Assembly (NCBI GenBank): GCA_051362555.1
Contig: CM120647.1
Coordinates: 12,376,651-12,440,650, forward strand
Length of the DNA stretch: 64,000 bases
Direction of reading: 5' to 3'
Source of the DNA: Lingula anatina
Lineage: Eukaryota; Animalia; Brachiopoda
Made by a program: the position numbers and the translations under genes. A model generated the notes under the pieces. The model had not been told where the DNA came from and made no database searches. It saw nothing but the letters and a program-made list of their open reading frames with translations. Below, piece after piece: positions 11,925 to 24,639 of the stretch; within the stretch, counting starts at the first letter, position 1; every line of letters starts with the position of its first letter.

Positions 11925-14780
11925 ATTACATCTGTTCTGTTGACGTCATATCCTCTCTACGTGTATGTCAATATCTGTAAATGTTTATGCAGAATATATT
12001 GGGATTAAATGTATCCTCAGCTTTATCTGCAATCTGTTTGTCAAAATGAATATAATAAATGGCGCCTTAATTGTGTTATTGGAGTGTTTATTGTTTTTGA
12101 TTTGTTTTCTTCCATCGTGATATAGGCCTATACTACGTGCAATCTTCAGAAACACGTACGGTGCGCTTATCTTACTCTTTAATTCTTCCATTGAAATAAC
12201 AACGTTCACTCTCTTTTCTTGTGATATTACGTAGATCCATGTTGTATCGCTTGGACGTTGTTCTTTCAAAAAATAGATGTATAAACAAATGCATAAAAAT
12301 AAAATTGATAAGTAGATGCATGAGGAATGAATAAAATAAGTTGAAAATGTTTATGAAAATATTTGCACAAATAATGTGTACACAATATGCATAAATAAAG
12401 TATTTAATAAAGTTATGTTTAAAGTAACAGAAACAAGAATGTCAAACCAAAATTAATATGCATTTTAATTGTTACGTCAAAATCGGACATTTGTACAGTG
12501 TTCCTGACTTAGGACGAATAACACGTCCAATTTCCACCGCGCAGTTTTACTTTCTGATCTCATCATCCATCGAGCATAATTACATTGTGGGATATTTCGG
12601 TTTGTCAAAAGAAAAGATCCTGGCGTTGAGTAGAAAACAGAAAAGGTGATGATTACACAAGTACATTGGAACCAGAGGAGGCATGTTAATCTGTTAATCT
12701 GATTGCATTCAGCGAGAGTCTCCGCGGACTTAAATCGACCTGGTGCGACAGTTTCATTGTGAACACACCCTAATTGTTATGAATATGAATACCCTACTGG
12801 AACTTACATTTGGCAATTAACTGACCGATGTTACGGTCTCAACCAGTGGCCCTTTACTAGGTAAATAACCTGGATGTACTGGTCACCTGACCTATTATCT
12901 ATGGACTAACTCCATTCACTCTTTTGCACCCTAAATGTGTTTCATAAATGTGCTAGCGTTCCAATTTCGCCAAATATGGACAGCTCTCTAAGCTTCTTCA
13001 AAGATATTTGACATGTTTTCAAGACACGGCCGTTCAAAGCGTCTTAAGGTACTGAATTAAAATGAAAACAAAATGAACGAAATAAACATAAACGGTGATT
13101 GTTTTTAGTTCTTAAAATGTTAAAATTAAACATAATGTTCATCAAAAAATTTCACAATATAACATTTTTCTATTTCAAATTTATATAGATTAATGATATA
13201 CCTGGCACCCGTTATCTGTTGATAAATATACATGTATGTTCCTTATTTTTCACTTTTCTACAAAAAAAAATCACAATTTATTAATTTCCGTATTTTTGAA
13301 ATTTTTGAAAACTCTACAAAGAAGTGAAAAATCATCTTAAACAGATCGACAACATTTACGTACAGGTACTTCATGTTCTGAAATCTTACATTTCTTTAAG
13401 TATTTTCCTTTTTTTTTTCTTTTGTTCAGGTCACTGGCTCTGTAATCGCGAGAATTAGTCATGGTAAACTCTCGAATATTGGAGAACTATCACTCAATAT
13501 GTACTCTAGAGATATGTTTTTATTAAATACTACCTTATAAATACTAGAAAAGCAATCAATTAGTTAAAAAAGACTTTAAATACCCCACCGCAATAATAAA
13601 AAATGTAGCCACAGATAGGTCACGAGGTACTGTGACGACAGAGACGCTCAGGGTCTTATTTGGGTAGTCTGGATATCATGTATCGCTACTAATTTTTTTA
13701 TATTGTATTTAAATGATTAATTGCTTGATCAATTGGTTTTTGGTTGATTGATTGATTGATTGATTGATTGATTAATTGATTAACAAATTAACATATACTC
13801 AAGATTAAGAGAATCGAGATGCTCTGTCAGGGTGCTTTTCGTTTATTAAAACTTCAATGGATTTTCAGTGATATTATGATAGAATATTTCCCTGATGAAG
13901 ATGCTCTAGACAGCCCAAAATATTGGAGGTAATATCAACTTTAGATTTTAACTGTGGAAAAAAAACTACTTTATTTTTTGCTGCTATTCCCTAAATTACC
14001 AAATTAAGTGTCTTTTGCTGAGTTAAGGCAACTTCCAGTGTCAATATTCTAAAATTTTAGCCAGATAAAGCGATTTATGTGGCCTTTTAAATTCTCTGTG
14101 AAATACAACGCAGGCACGTGGAATCTTAGTAAAATAAGTAACTAGGATTTAAGCCGATAACCTTACTTAATATTTTTTGGGGAAACTGTGACTATCGTGA
14201 TTGGTGCGATATTGTATCAGCAGAAGGGGGAGAGCGCTTTTTTTTTTTTTTATTTCATGACTACTTATTTACGTTCAGATGTGTGTTTTTGGCATAATAA
14301 CTCGGTTATACAATTGCGCTTTGGCGTAACCTATTTATTTCATCTTATTTCCCAATTACACTTTATTTAAGTTATTTTTATATTTATTTATATATTTCAA
14401 TTATCAATATTCATTAAATTATCCTTTAAAGCATTTCAAGCAAACTTTATCGGAATACATGAATCAATGCACGTGTACATTTTCGTCATTTTTAGCTGCA
14501 AAGAGGGCATCTATTGCTCTCCAAAAAAAAAACAGAAACGCTGGAGACCAATATACTACCAAAACAAAGGTAGAGATGAGATAAAGATAACAGCAGAGGA
14601 AAGAACAAACAATGACTACTGCGCTTACAAGTATTGCGTCGTTTATTTCATTCAGTATTGTCAAGCAGATAGCAGAACAAGCTGAGGATATCTTTTAGTT
14701 TAGTATATTCTGCATAAACATTCAATGACATAGACAGTAAGATAAGAAGTCATCTATGACGTCAACAGAACAGATGCAAT

Positions 14781-14794
14781 CCGATAGATGGAGT
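14781..14794 (+). promoter_or_regulatory. CTCF-like motif in HrC 3' UTR (CCGATAGATGGAGT, one core mismatch)
   Basis: 20 nt after the stop; GGC changed to GGA. Confidence 0.35.
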
Positions 14795-14814
14795 AGAGGT
14801 CAGTCATTTCCAGT

Positions 14815-16330
14815 TTACAACTTGCCCTTGTATTTGAAGTCTTCAGTGGGGATGTGGTTGCAAAGCCTACAGAGGAAAAAAATATGTGACAGGAATCAAA
14901 CACAGATCTTAATAATTACTTTGGGATGAAAACAACAAATCGACTGCTATTGGACTTTAAAGGATACCACGGAATTTATTCATTTAAGTGCAAAAGATAC
15001 GCAAGCAGGCATAGGTAAGATATCAATTATTGACTTTTCTTTTTTTAATTTACTTATGTTGGTCTAAAACAGAACTGAATATTGCAACAATGTGTAATAA
15101 AATACAAAAAACAAAATGACTGCAACAGTGTCGCTCGTTTGTTTAATTCTACCATATTAAAACTGCAATCTTAACTTTTTAAAGTCTCTTGAAAGTAATT
15201 CAATTTTCTCACTTAAAAAAATTAACAAACTTACCACGCCATGCCATCCATCAGTTGCTTCTGGGTGACTGGAGAATTCCATCCTCTCATCTGGTCCATA
15301 AAACCATTATGGATGTCAGTATGCTCCTGAGTTCCTGCATAGTTGGCTCTCTTCATTTGACCCTGTGAACAAAAATTATTTCATGAAATTGGGAACTGTC
15401 TTAAAGTTTTTTTTCGTTTATAAAAGGTTATATTTCAACAATAAAAAAACAACAAAAACTTGCCTGTTCATCGTGGAAATGAAGTGAGAAGACCTCAATG
15501 CAAGCGTTCAACTGGGCGGCGGTGTTGAACTCGGAGAGAGCAAACAGGCCATTGAAGAGCGTCCTGTGCTCACTGTCAATGTTCTCATACTGAAAATAAA
15601 CATAACTCAATAAGTTGATGGAAGGCTAAGCAAGTGAGTATATATATGAATACCCAATGTTTAATATAAGTAAAAAAAAATAAGTGCCCCACACCAATGG
15701 ACACACATACACGTTCACAAACATCCACAGTTTAACATACAGCGTTACTTAAAAGAGTTTCCACCTGCCGAACTGTCAAAATATTGTGTATATATAAACC
15801 CCAAATTTTCTTTTTTTTTCCGCGTAACAAAACATGCCATGAGACTTGGACATTTGGATTTGAAAGTGGTGTTCTAGTTAGGCGATTTTCATAAAGTTAC
15901 AGCTCATTCCAGAGTAAAAAGCCTCCATTTTTTGGAGATACACGATAATTAAAATCATCAAAAATGTGACCTGTTAGTTTTGGTTTTAAAACATTACAGT
16001 TGAATGTATTTATTTATCTGAGTGCTTTATACTTAATGTACAGAACAACATGTGTGGGAATATAAATTATAAACACAAGTAAAACACAGTTGACATCTAC
16101 TTCTAACGATGATTATAAGAACTACTCGTATGTGCATTGGTTCCATATCATATGACGTAGAATTGTTTTTCAATGTACAGAGAGGTTTGATAAAAGGAGT
16201 GGCCGAGAATGAGTTAGAGTTAAAATTATCCGAACACAAAATACACACTAAAATATGCTTTAAGTCTACTTGTTATACTCACCGCAGTGGCGAAATCTTT
16301 GGTCCAGCAAAATGGCGCGGGGACTTTCAT
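14815..16330 (-). CDS. Hemerythrin, beta-type (HrC), 117 aa; exons 16330-16283, 15589-15464, 15362-15235, 14866-14815
   Basis: Near-identical to HrB (D18E, K96M); frame intact across splice sites; GC donor in intron 2. Confidence 0.95.
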
Positions 16331-16380
16331 TTTTGCAGAGGATTCTTCTGTACTCAGCGTGCCTGTAGGTTACAGTAGAT

Positions 16381-16421
16381 TCAGCGTCTGTACAAAGTGG
16401 TGGCGGGGAACGAGTTTTATA
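16381..16421 (-). promoter_or_regulatory. HrC core promoter: TATA + CAGACGCTGA
   Basis: TATAAAA 16421-16415; motif 16390-16381. Confidence 0.75.
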
Positions 16422-17333
16422 CACTCATGTCCGGGGAGCGATTGGCCCAATCCGGCCACGGCGCACGCCTCACTGGAAACAGAGGCAGACGAAAAATCAA
16501 TTAGCACGCGCGTTTATTTGAGTCAGGTGTTCTGCCGTTAAAGGAAAAATCACTTAAATTTTAACCATGCGTTCCATTGCGTATTTCTGATATCAATTAG
16601 AACGCTAAGTTGGTGCACGGCGGCACGTAGTATTACGGGCATGTGGATAATATTAACGTGTAGCTTTTTTTACCTTGACATGGGGTGAGCATCTGGTTTC
16701 TTTTAAAACTAGAAAAACCTGCGTCGCACATACTCATTACTTTTTTCATTTTTCTATTAAAATCATTTCAACGACATACAAATTCTTAAATGTAAAATGA
16801 AGTTGAATAATGAACAGACAGACTTCACTCAGAAATAGATGACAATGATGAAAAGAAAAAAAGATGTAGACAGAACCATATATGAATAAAAATAAATGAA
16901 TAGGAGCACGTAGGAGAAAGGGTGTAGCTTAGTATAAATAAACAAAAAATAAAGTTAAATTTGTTGGAGATTAATTGTACACTGCTCTTTGCTGCCAATA
17001 CACGATTTATTGCAATTCAACCCTGCCTATATTCGTGAATTTGCAGTTTTTGAAACAAGACTACACACTATTTTATATATTCATTTAAATGTCCAATTTT
17101 TAATTTCAAGTGATTAAGTCTAGCTTCATATTTTCACACTAATTTGCAAATATTCTTTTAATGTATGTTGACTTGTATAGTTAACTTGTAAAGAAAAAAA
17201 TAACCTCAATTTCTCGTATGCATATTTTCCTTTAGACAGAGAAATTCGACTATTTTTATTTTGACAATGGAGGGTACAATGTAAGCACTGTTTCGGAGCG
17301 TTGTGATACAAAATGGTATTATTATTATTATTA

Positions 17334-17368
<35 letters not shown>

Positions 17369-18037
17369 TTGCAAATATATTTATTTCTTTTGTTCCCTAT
17401 TAAAATCTACAAAACCCAATGTTCTTGAGGACAGGCGACATTTCAACTTCATCAAATTCACCGAATAAGATGCTACACTGCTTCAAAAGGAGTATAGGAA
17501 GTTGTTTATTATTAATGTAGAATGAATAGGATTCTGCAATACCGACACCCTACTTGTTTCTCAGTACAGGAATCCTTTTCAGGTACGTAGACAAGGGGGT
17601 TCAAAATTACCGCCTTTTGGTCGAGGACGGTTCCTCTTTTAAAGCAAGAGTCCACACTAAATTGTTAAATTTCGTTTAGATATCCAACGTTTATTTCAAG
17701 TGATCTAGTCTATGGTTTAAAACCTGATTTTGCTTAAGTTGGGTCGAAAAATATCCAATTTTTCATAAAAAGGAAAAGCCGTTATAAACTTTTAAGGTTG
17801 CACATATTTGTTTGACCTTACACGCTTTCATCAGGTTACAAACCAGCCGGTAAATGCATTGCCCTAATTATTAACGCAACGCACGAGTTATTACATGAAG
17901 TGTCCTGACGCCGAACAACCGATCTCGTGATCAGATTAGTCACGTAGCAGGGCTTTTTTCATGGTGTCCAGCTGTCCCCGATGCTAACGACCCTTGAAGG
18001 TTTAGCCTGATGAGGATGAACTCCCCCTGAAGCCGGG

Positions 18038-18079
18038 TATAAATGATAGAGCGCGGGACTGTATTTGCACAGACGCTGA
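18038..18079 (+). promoter_or_regulatory. HrD core promoter: TATA + CAGACGCTGA
   Basis: TATAAA 18038-18043; motif 18070-18079. Confidence 0.75.
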
Positions 18080-18129
18080 ACTTACAGTTACCTGTTACTT
18101 GAGCCAGACAACCACCTCTCCTTTTAAAG

Positions 18130-20006
18130 ATGGGTATCCCAGTGCCATTCGCGTGGAATGAGAGCTTCGCTACCAGCGTAAGTACTGTGTCTTTAATTTA
18201 TTTACATGTATAATGTTTACAGACTTTCTGAATCCATTCACAAATCGCCTTTTGATTTTAAATATGAACACGAAAATCATACGTATCCACTCCGAGTTTA
18301 TAATATTTTAAACATTATTTTTAGATAATTATATAAAAGGAAAAGTTTTTTTTTTCTTTATATGAAAACTTATACAGTCCGGCTTGGTTAAATTTTGATA
18401 CTCCAAGTATCTTTTTTCATTAATATTATTTTCGTCTTTTACTTTACTTTCAATATTTATTTCTATCTCAATAGTTAATAAAATATTAAATCATATCTTA
18501 TAAGTGCAATTATGCATAATATTAGAGGACAAAGCGATGTTCTGATTTGGCCTAAAACATGCTGAATTTTGTAATTTAACATCTGAATAATACATCAGTC
18601 TGTTTTTAAAGAAATGATAGTGAATACCACTACATGGCATTGTCTCAAAGAATGGACAAAAGACTGTGTGATATCCGAAGGGTTTATTATCATTTTGTCA
18701 ATGGTTACGGACACGGTTCCTTTATAACTTACAAATTCAAAATGATAGCGGCACTACTATTTACAACACTTTTTATTTCAGTATAAGAACATCGACTTGG
18801 AGCACAGAACCCTCTTCAATGGACTGTTTGCCCTCTCCGAGTTCAACACTCGCGACCAGCTGTTAGCTTGCAAGGAAGTCTTTGTGATGCATTTCCGTGA
18901 CGAACAGGCAAGTTAATATTAATAGCTACCGTTTATAGCTACCCTTTATACTAATATTGTAAAAATCATATTTATTATTATCCCATTTTTTGTGAGTGTT
19001 AGTAAAAGCAGCAGCAGTAGCAGCAGAGGGTATAGTAGTAATATATATATATAGTAAAAGCAATTTAGTAGCGGTTGTAGGTAGTAAAACCTACAAAAAA
19101 CTATTTAGTCATTAAGAATCCATTAAACGAAAGACTTTTTTCTATATAGGGCCAAATGGAGAAAGCTAATTTTGAACATTACGAAGAGCACAAAGCCATT
19201 CACGAAGGGTTTTTGGAGAAGATGGGCCACTGGAAGGCGCCTGTTGCCCAGAAAGATATCAGAGCTGGAATGGAGTGGTAAGTCTCTCTCTCTCTCTCAT
19301 CATGCCAATATCTACAATATCTACTGGTTATGCTTGAGGATACAAAATGGTATGGGCCCATGAAAAACTGGTGTAGGCGAACCATTCCTTATGCGCATAG
19401 TATGTGACAGTTTAACAATTAATTAGTATTGAGTTTTAACTTGTAAACATAAGTATTATTTGCGCTTTAGCCTCGTTTCAATAACTGTCATATTAAGCAG
19501 AACGTTGCCATGGTGACATTACCAATTCAGTAGGCACCTGCCGTATGCCGTGTCATATACTGGCGAACTGAAACGAAGGATCGTTCCATATTCAACATTT
19601 CTTGTCCAATCAGACTAATTTACTCAGATTACTGGAGTGGAAAAAAAAATGCATGTAACATCACAAGACGCAGTTTTGAATAAATATTAATATATAAGTG
19701 TTTGAAATTAATTTCATATCGTCATTGGAATAATTGCTTTTGTGCCAATTATTTTAACATTTTGGGCTGACACCAAGGGTTTTCTGACCGGACAAAAACA
19801 CTGTTTCAAAGGGAAGGAGTGCGTCAAGTCTCAAAGCCTCCCTGCTAGAATTCCAACGCCTGTGTACTGCATCCGTAAATGATGACTTTTTTTAATTGTA
19901 ATGTGTAAATATATCCTTCCTGATATTTAAACAAGGTTTTTTCATATATTTTAGGCTTGTTAATCACATCCCCAATGAGGATTTCAAGTACAAGGGCAAA
20001 TTGTAA
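18130..20006 (+). CDS. Hemerythrin, alpha-type (HrD), 117 aa; exons 18130-18177, 18782-18907, 19150-19277, 19955-20006
   Basis: MGIPVPFAWNESFATS|YKNIDLEHRTLFNGLFALSEFNTRDQLLACKEVFVMHFRDEQ|GQMEKANFEHYEEHKAIHEGFLEKMGHWKAPVAQKDIRAGMEW|LVNHIPNEDFKYKGKL*; very close to the Lingula alpha chain as I recall it; GC donor at 18908. Confidence 0.95.
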
Positions 20007-20026
20007 AAAGGACAAATAGGAATAAT

Positions 20027-20040
20027 GCGCCATCTATCGG
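20027..20040 (-). promoter_or_regulatory. CTCF-like motif in HrD 3' UTR (CCGATAGATGGCGC on -)
   Basis: 20 nt after the stop. Confidence 0.5.
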
Positions 20041-20445
20041 TCTGTGTTGCTGCCATTTTACGCCGTATTGGAGACATTCGTCTAAACACCGTTTCAAGGG
20101 CTTATGCATGAAGTTACGCAAAGATGGAAAAATCTACAAATATCTATGATATTTACTTATTGTCTGAAACCAATAAATGATTTTGATGCAATCCAGTCCA
20201 AAGTTTTTGTTATCTGTCAACGGTTGTCGACCGTTTTAAGAACTAAAGTAACTAGATGACAAAAGAAACTTCTTTGAAAACCAATAAATGCGTAATTTTA
20301 CTCTTCTTCATGCACTCTAGATACGTTAACATAATTGATCAAAGAATCACTGCCTCGTTTTGATGACAAGATGAATTCGTTTTTAATATCGGAAGATCTG
20401 ACCAATATTGTTTTTATTTGTGAATAAACAAGCAAAATACAATGT

Positions 20446-20450
<5 letters not shown>

Positions 20451-20507
<57 letters not shown>
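20451..20507. repeat. (TA)n microsatellite
   Basis: Read directly. Confidence 0.95.
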
Positions 20508-20512
<5 letters not shown>

Positions 20513-20539
20513 ATTAAAATCAATAATTAAATAATAAAA

Positions 20540-21080
20540 AATAAGAGACATGTAATAACCCCGACTCCGAGTTTCACGGCCTTATACCCCCGTCACACTA
20601 GAGGGAGAATGAGCAAGAATGCCATCGGAAAGACAATTCTTTGTGCCTTCCTGGATATTCTAAGAGCATTCTAAAAATTCCGAGTGCATTCCAGATATTT
20701 TTACCCATTCTTGTGGGCGGCTCGAATGTTTTGCTCATGTTAAAAACTTTCGAAGTGCATTCCAAGTGGAAAATTATTATGACATTAGATGGGACGTCAT
20801 AAAAAAATCAGCGCCACAAAGGAGAAATCAGCACCTATGCAACCTTTGCCTGGACGAAAACTGTTGATAATGATAACACCAGGTACTCTAAAAAGAAATG
20901 GAATAATTACCATGTGTCGGCATAAGGTGACGTAACTGACACGGCGTGCGACGTTTCAAGTGTCGTCACGCCGTGTAGATAAGCGGCTAACAAAACATTT
21001 TCAAACCTCCTGACGATCGGGCATACCTTCTGGGTATGCCCGTGAAACTCGGAGTCGGGATTATTACATGTCTCTTGTTT
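20540..21080 (+). mobile_element. Penelope-like element remnant (3' end/pLTR) with an inverted partial pLTR
   Basis: About 40-bp inverted repeats 20540-20579 / 21041-21080; degenerate coding tail LCNLCLDE...KRN...CRHK (about 20833-20926) typical of PLE GIY-YIG C-termini; hammerhead motif follows. Confidence 0.7.
21004..21062 (+). ncRNA. Minimal type I hammerhead ribozyme (Penelope-associated)
   Basis: CTGACGA core 21010-21016; 10-bp stem II CGGGCATACC/GGTATGCCCG; GAAA 21044-21047; short stem III ACT-cgg-AGT; GTC cleavage triplet ending 21056; stem I imperfect. Confidence 0.7.
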
Positions 21081-22155
21081 ATTTATTTATTTATTTATTT
21101 ATTTATTTTAATTGTGCATAAATGCTCCGGACTGTTGAGCACTCTGTACCACATTCAAGCTTGTTATATTATATTTTTCGAGACAGCGACTCTTCACGTA
21201 TAAGCCCACGTGTACCTAGATGATAGATATATGAGGGCAGTGATTCATTCTTCCGTGCGTCATGTACAACTATTTTGCAATTTTGGGGTTTCCGGTTTTG
21301 GAGTTGGCCTTTATTATTTCTACGAATCTAAAGCAATATTGGTGTTTCCCGAATTTACTTTCATATACCACGTGTTGTATTTCTCACCCCCGTGTAGTAA
21401 AAGCAATAAACAATACACATGTCTTTGTTGTGACAGTGCACATGCGTGTGTCTGTCAGTGCTATGCGAACATGCGCATGATCAGCGAGTCTAGCATTGAA
21501 TGTTTGTGTAACAGAGCCTCTGGTGGTCATGTGGAAATGCGTGGGTGTGCACGCGCGTGTGCGTATGTCATTATCTGCTTCAATGTGCGTCCGTCTTTCA
21601 TTTCCGTATCATTTGCTTTGCACCCACGTCTGTATTTGTGTGTACGTGTGAGTGCATGAGAACAGTTGTGCGTGTGTGTATGTAGGCCTATATGTGTGTG
21701 TTTGCGCGGTTGCGCATTATTGTTACTACAACATAACAGATAATAGTACTTTTGACGTGGTGGAGTGTGGTGACCCTGGCACACCTCCACCAAAAATAAG
21801 GCACATAAAGTGACGTTGAATTGTTCAATTTAAATCCTTACTGAAGGTTGATAAAGTTCAGTGACGGGAGGGGAAATTTGGCAAATTTGAACATATAATA
21901 TTTATACAACCTCATACAACGAAGCAATCACGTGAATAAAACCAATGCAAAAATCATGAACATAACTAAAAAACAAAACAGCAATTACTACATTGGTAAA
22001 AGCATTGCGTCTTTATTCTATTCAATTGACAAGAGAGTAGACCACTTTGCGGACACACACGCACTTAAAATTCAATACATTATGTAATGACATAAATTAA
22101 CAATGTCATTGGCACATTGGGAATACATGTATGACGTCAGAAGAACTAATGCAAT

Positions 22156-22169
22156 CCGATAGATGGCGT
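22156..22169 (+). promoter_or_regulatory. CTCF-like motif in HrE 3' UTR (CCGATAGATGGCGT)
   Basis: 20 nt after the stop. Confidence 0.5.
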
Positions 22170-22189
22170 AGAGGTCGGTCCTTTCCATT

Positions 22190-22466
22190 TTACAACTTGC
22201 CCTTGTATTTGAAATCTTCAGCGGGGATGTGGTTGCAAAGCCTACGGAAGAAAAACACAAGTGAGTGCAAGTAAAATGACTGCCCATCTGCTGACATTAA
22301 TTTCTCTATTTCTTCTGTTGACATTATTTCTTTGTGGTCAAAAACAGAACTGAATACTTTTTGTGTAGTTTAAATACAAAAATTACAGTAACCACCTTGA
22401 ACGGAAATTAATGTGACATACATGTCCTGATCATCAATGACAAAATTTTGATTATTATTATTATTA

Positions 22467-22517
<51 letters not shown>

Positions 22518-24559
22518 GCATTAGTATTATTATTATTATTATTATCATTATTATTATTAGCATTAGTATTATTATTACAACACTGAGTGAGTTTTACTCG
22601 GACGCTACCTGGTTTTATCTGACTTTACCTCATTAAAGAGGAACCCAATATGTAATCAATGAATTGGTTGAGGAAAATACGCTTTTAATTGTTTTTTTTT
22701 TTTTCACTTGTACACAAATTTGTGTTCTTTTCACTTTTCTGTTTGTCATCAAGGTGATTGCGGGATTGGTAGGCTTCTTTTCCCAAATTTCTACCAACAG
22801 TTTGGACTAATCAAAATTAACGGTTAACTAACCTTGTCCACCGCGTTGGCTTAGTATAGGCGAATTTCTTAGTAAAAATGCCAGTTGCCAACCTCCCAAA
22901 ATGGTGTCAAACAGAAAAGTGTACCATACGATGGTAAATGGAGCTTACCATGCCATGCCGTCCTTGAGTTGTTTCTGGGACACTGGCGCATTCCAACCCC
23001 TCAGTGTGTCCATGAAACCATTATGGAGATCAGTATGCTCCTTGGTGCCTGCGAACTTGGCTCTTTTCATCTGACCCTGTACATAAATCAGTCATAGTCA
23101 TTTTCAAGGAGGCTAAACGTGTGTTTATGTAAACCTACAATGCTTTGTTAGAATCGTAACATAAGAGACAAAGAAATGCCGATTTTACTGTTGGGATTGT
23201 TTCATTTACAAATGATTTTATCTAATGTTTTGTTCACATGGCACGTGACATGTTTTGTGAGCAACAACATATTTTTGGCCTAGAAATGGTTTTGAAAAAA
23301 GTTATGATGACAGGATATTGTGACTCTATGAAAGAAGATCTTCGCACTTTCGAAGATACAGTGAAGTACGTTAGCATTAGTAGAATACATATATGTCTGC
23401 CATGTGATGTCTCTTTTGGCATTTTCCAAAGCGGACAATTGTGGGGCAAAGATGAATGGCACGCTGCTTTCAAATTCCAGCATGCCAGTACCACAGCCAC
23501 ATGTAACTGAAGTAGTTGAATTTCGTTCTTATTGTGTCGAGTGATTTTTACCAGTCTACCTCCCAATCTTCGAGAGTGGGTGCTAAAGAGAGGTGGTGAA
23601 CGTTATTTTCTCAACGGCTGTGGATGATGTAAACCTTGTTAATATTTATTAAAAAAAAGGCTCATGAATGCAGCATGTTTGATACAGCATTTAATTAACT
23701 TGGACAGAATACATATATGAGTAAAAAAGAACTCACCTGCTCGTCATGGAAATGAAGTGAGAAAACCTCAATAGCAGCGTTCAGTTGCGTTTGAGTGTTG
23801 AACTCGGAGAGAGCAAACAGACCATTGAAGAGCGTTCTGTGCTCACTGTCAATGTTCTCATACTGCAAGTATTTAAAAGAAAGTAAAAATGTTTAGAGTG
23901 ATTGAAAACAAATGCTTAAAACATCAAAATACTTTACAACAAGAGGGGGAGATAAAAGGCTGTGCCAAATAATACGTGATCATCTTTTCGTAATTGTCCT
24001 CAGAGTATTATGCTGCATATCTGTATGCTACGTTACTTATCCATCCAAAACTTTGTTTCAACCCGTTTTGTCATACCATTTCTTTCCTTTGTTACAATGA
24101 TATGCATTATTCCATATTTACAATGATATCCATCATTTAATATTCAATGGGAAATGTAGGTAAAGTAATGGTTTTGTAAGCAAAATTAAGACATCTTTGA
24201 CACATTCTTAACTTCTTAGCAAGAGTTTAAAATCCCGTAGCTTTTTTTACCATACCACACCGAAGGTAAACTGAAGATATATTTTAGTAAGAGTTATAAC
24301 CGTCTCTCTCTTATTTATGTAAACCGTACACCATGTTTAAGCGTGACAACGTAATGTTTTTGTGGAACTCACAGCCAATACCACACTGAAATGAGCAAAA
24401 TCAGGCTATTTTCCAAAAATAATTCATATGCTTTTAACCAAAAGTGTACAGTCGTCTCGTTATTTGTGAAAACTGTACAACATGCTTAACGTAACAACGT
24501 GTTGTACTCACAGAAGTGGCGAACTCTGGGCTCCAGGCGAATGGTGCTGGGATCTTCAT
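22190..24559 (-). CDS. Hemerythrin, beta-type (HrE), 117 aa; exons 24559-24512, 23862-23737, 23076-22949, 22241-22190
   Basis: MKIPAPFAWSPEFATS|YENIDSEHRTLFNGLFALSEFNTQTQLNAAIEVFSLHFHDEQ|GQMKRAKFAGTKEHTDLHNGFMDTLRGWNAPVSQKQLKDGMAW|LCNHIPAEDFKYKGKL*; all introns GT-AG. Confidence 0.95.
22451..22576. repeat. (ATT)n microsatellite in HrE intron 3
   Basis: Read directly; source of the poly-Ile ORF. Confidence 0.95.
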
Positions 24560-24596
24560 GATTGTCCGGGCGTTTGACCAACTGTTAACTGAGATT

Positions 24597-24639
24597 TCAG
24601 CGTTTGTGGAGATTACATCCCAGACCAACAGCTTATATA
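24597..24639 (-). promoter_or_regulatory. HrE core promoter: TATA + CAAACGCTGA
   Basis: TATATAA 24639-24633; motif 24606-24597. Confidence 0.7.

Noticed and set aside
13891-13930. CTGATGAAG...AAAA, and similar motifs near 17830 and 63900, as hammerheads
   Set aside because: Possibly decayed Penelope ends, but GAAA and the stems are missing.
18007-18050. CTGATGA in the HrA/HrD promoters as a hammerhead core
   Set aside because: No stem II closed by GAAA and no stem I/III pairing; lies upstream of the TATA box.
22448-22636. Poly-Ile ORF (also poly-Asn 17126-17374, poly-Pro/Gly 55972-56391, CV/ER/HT-repeat ORFs)
   Set aside because: Translations of microsatellites and homopolymers.
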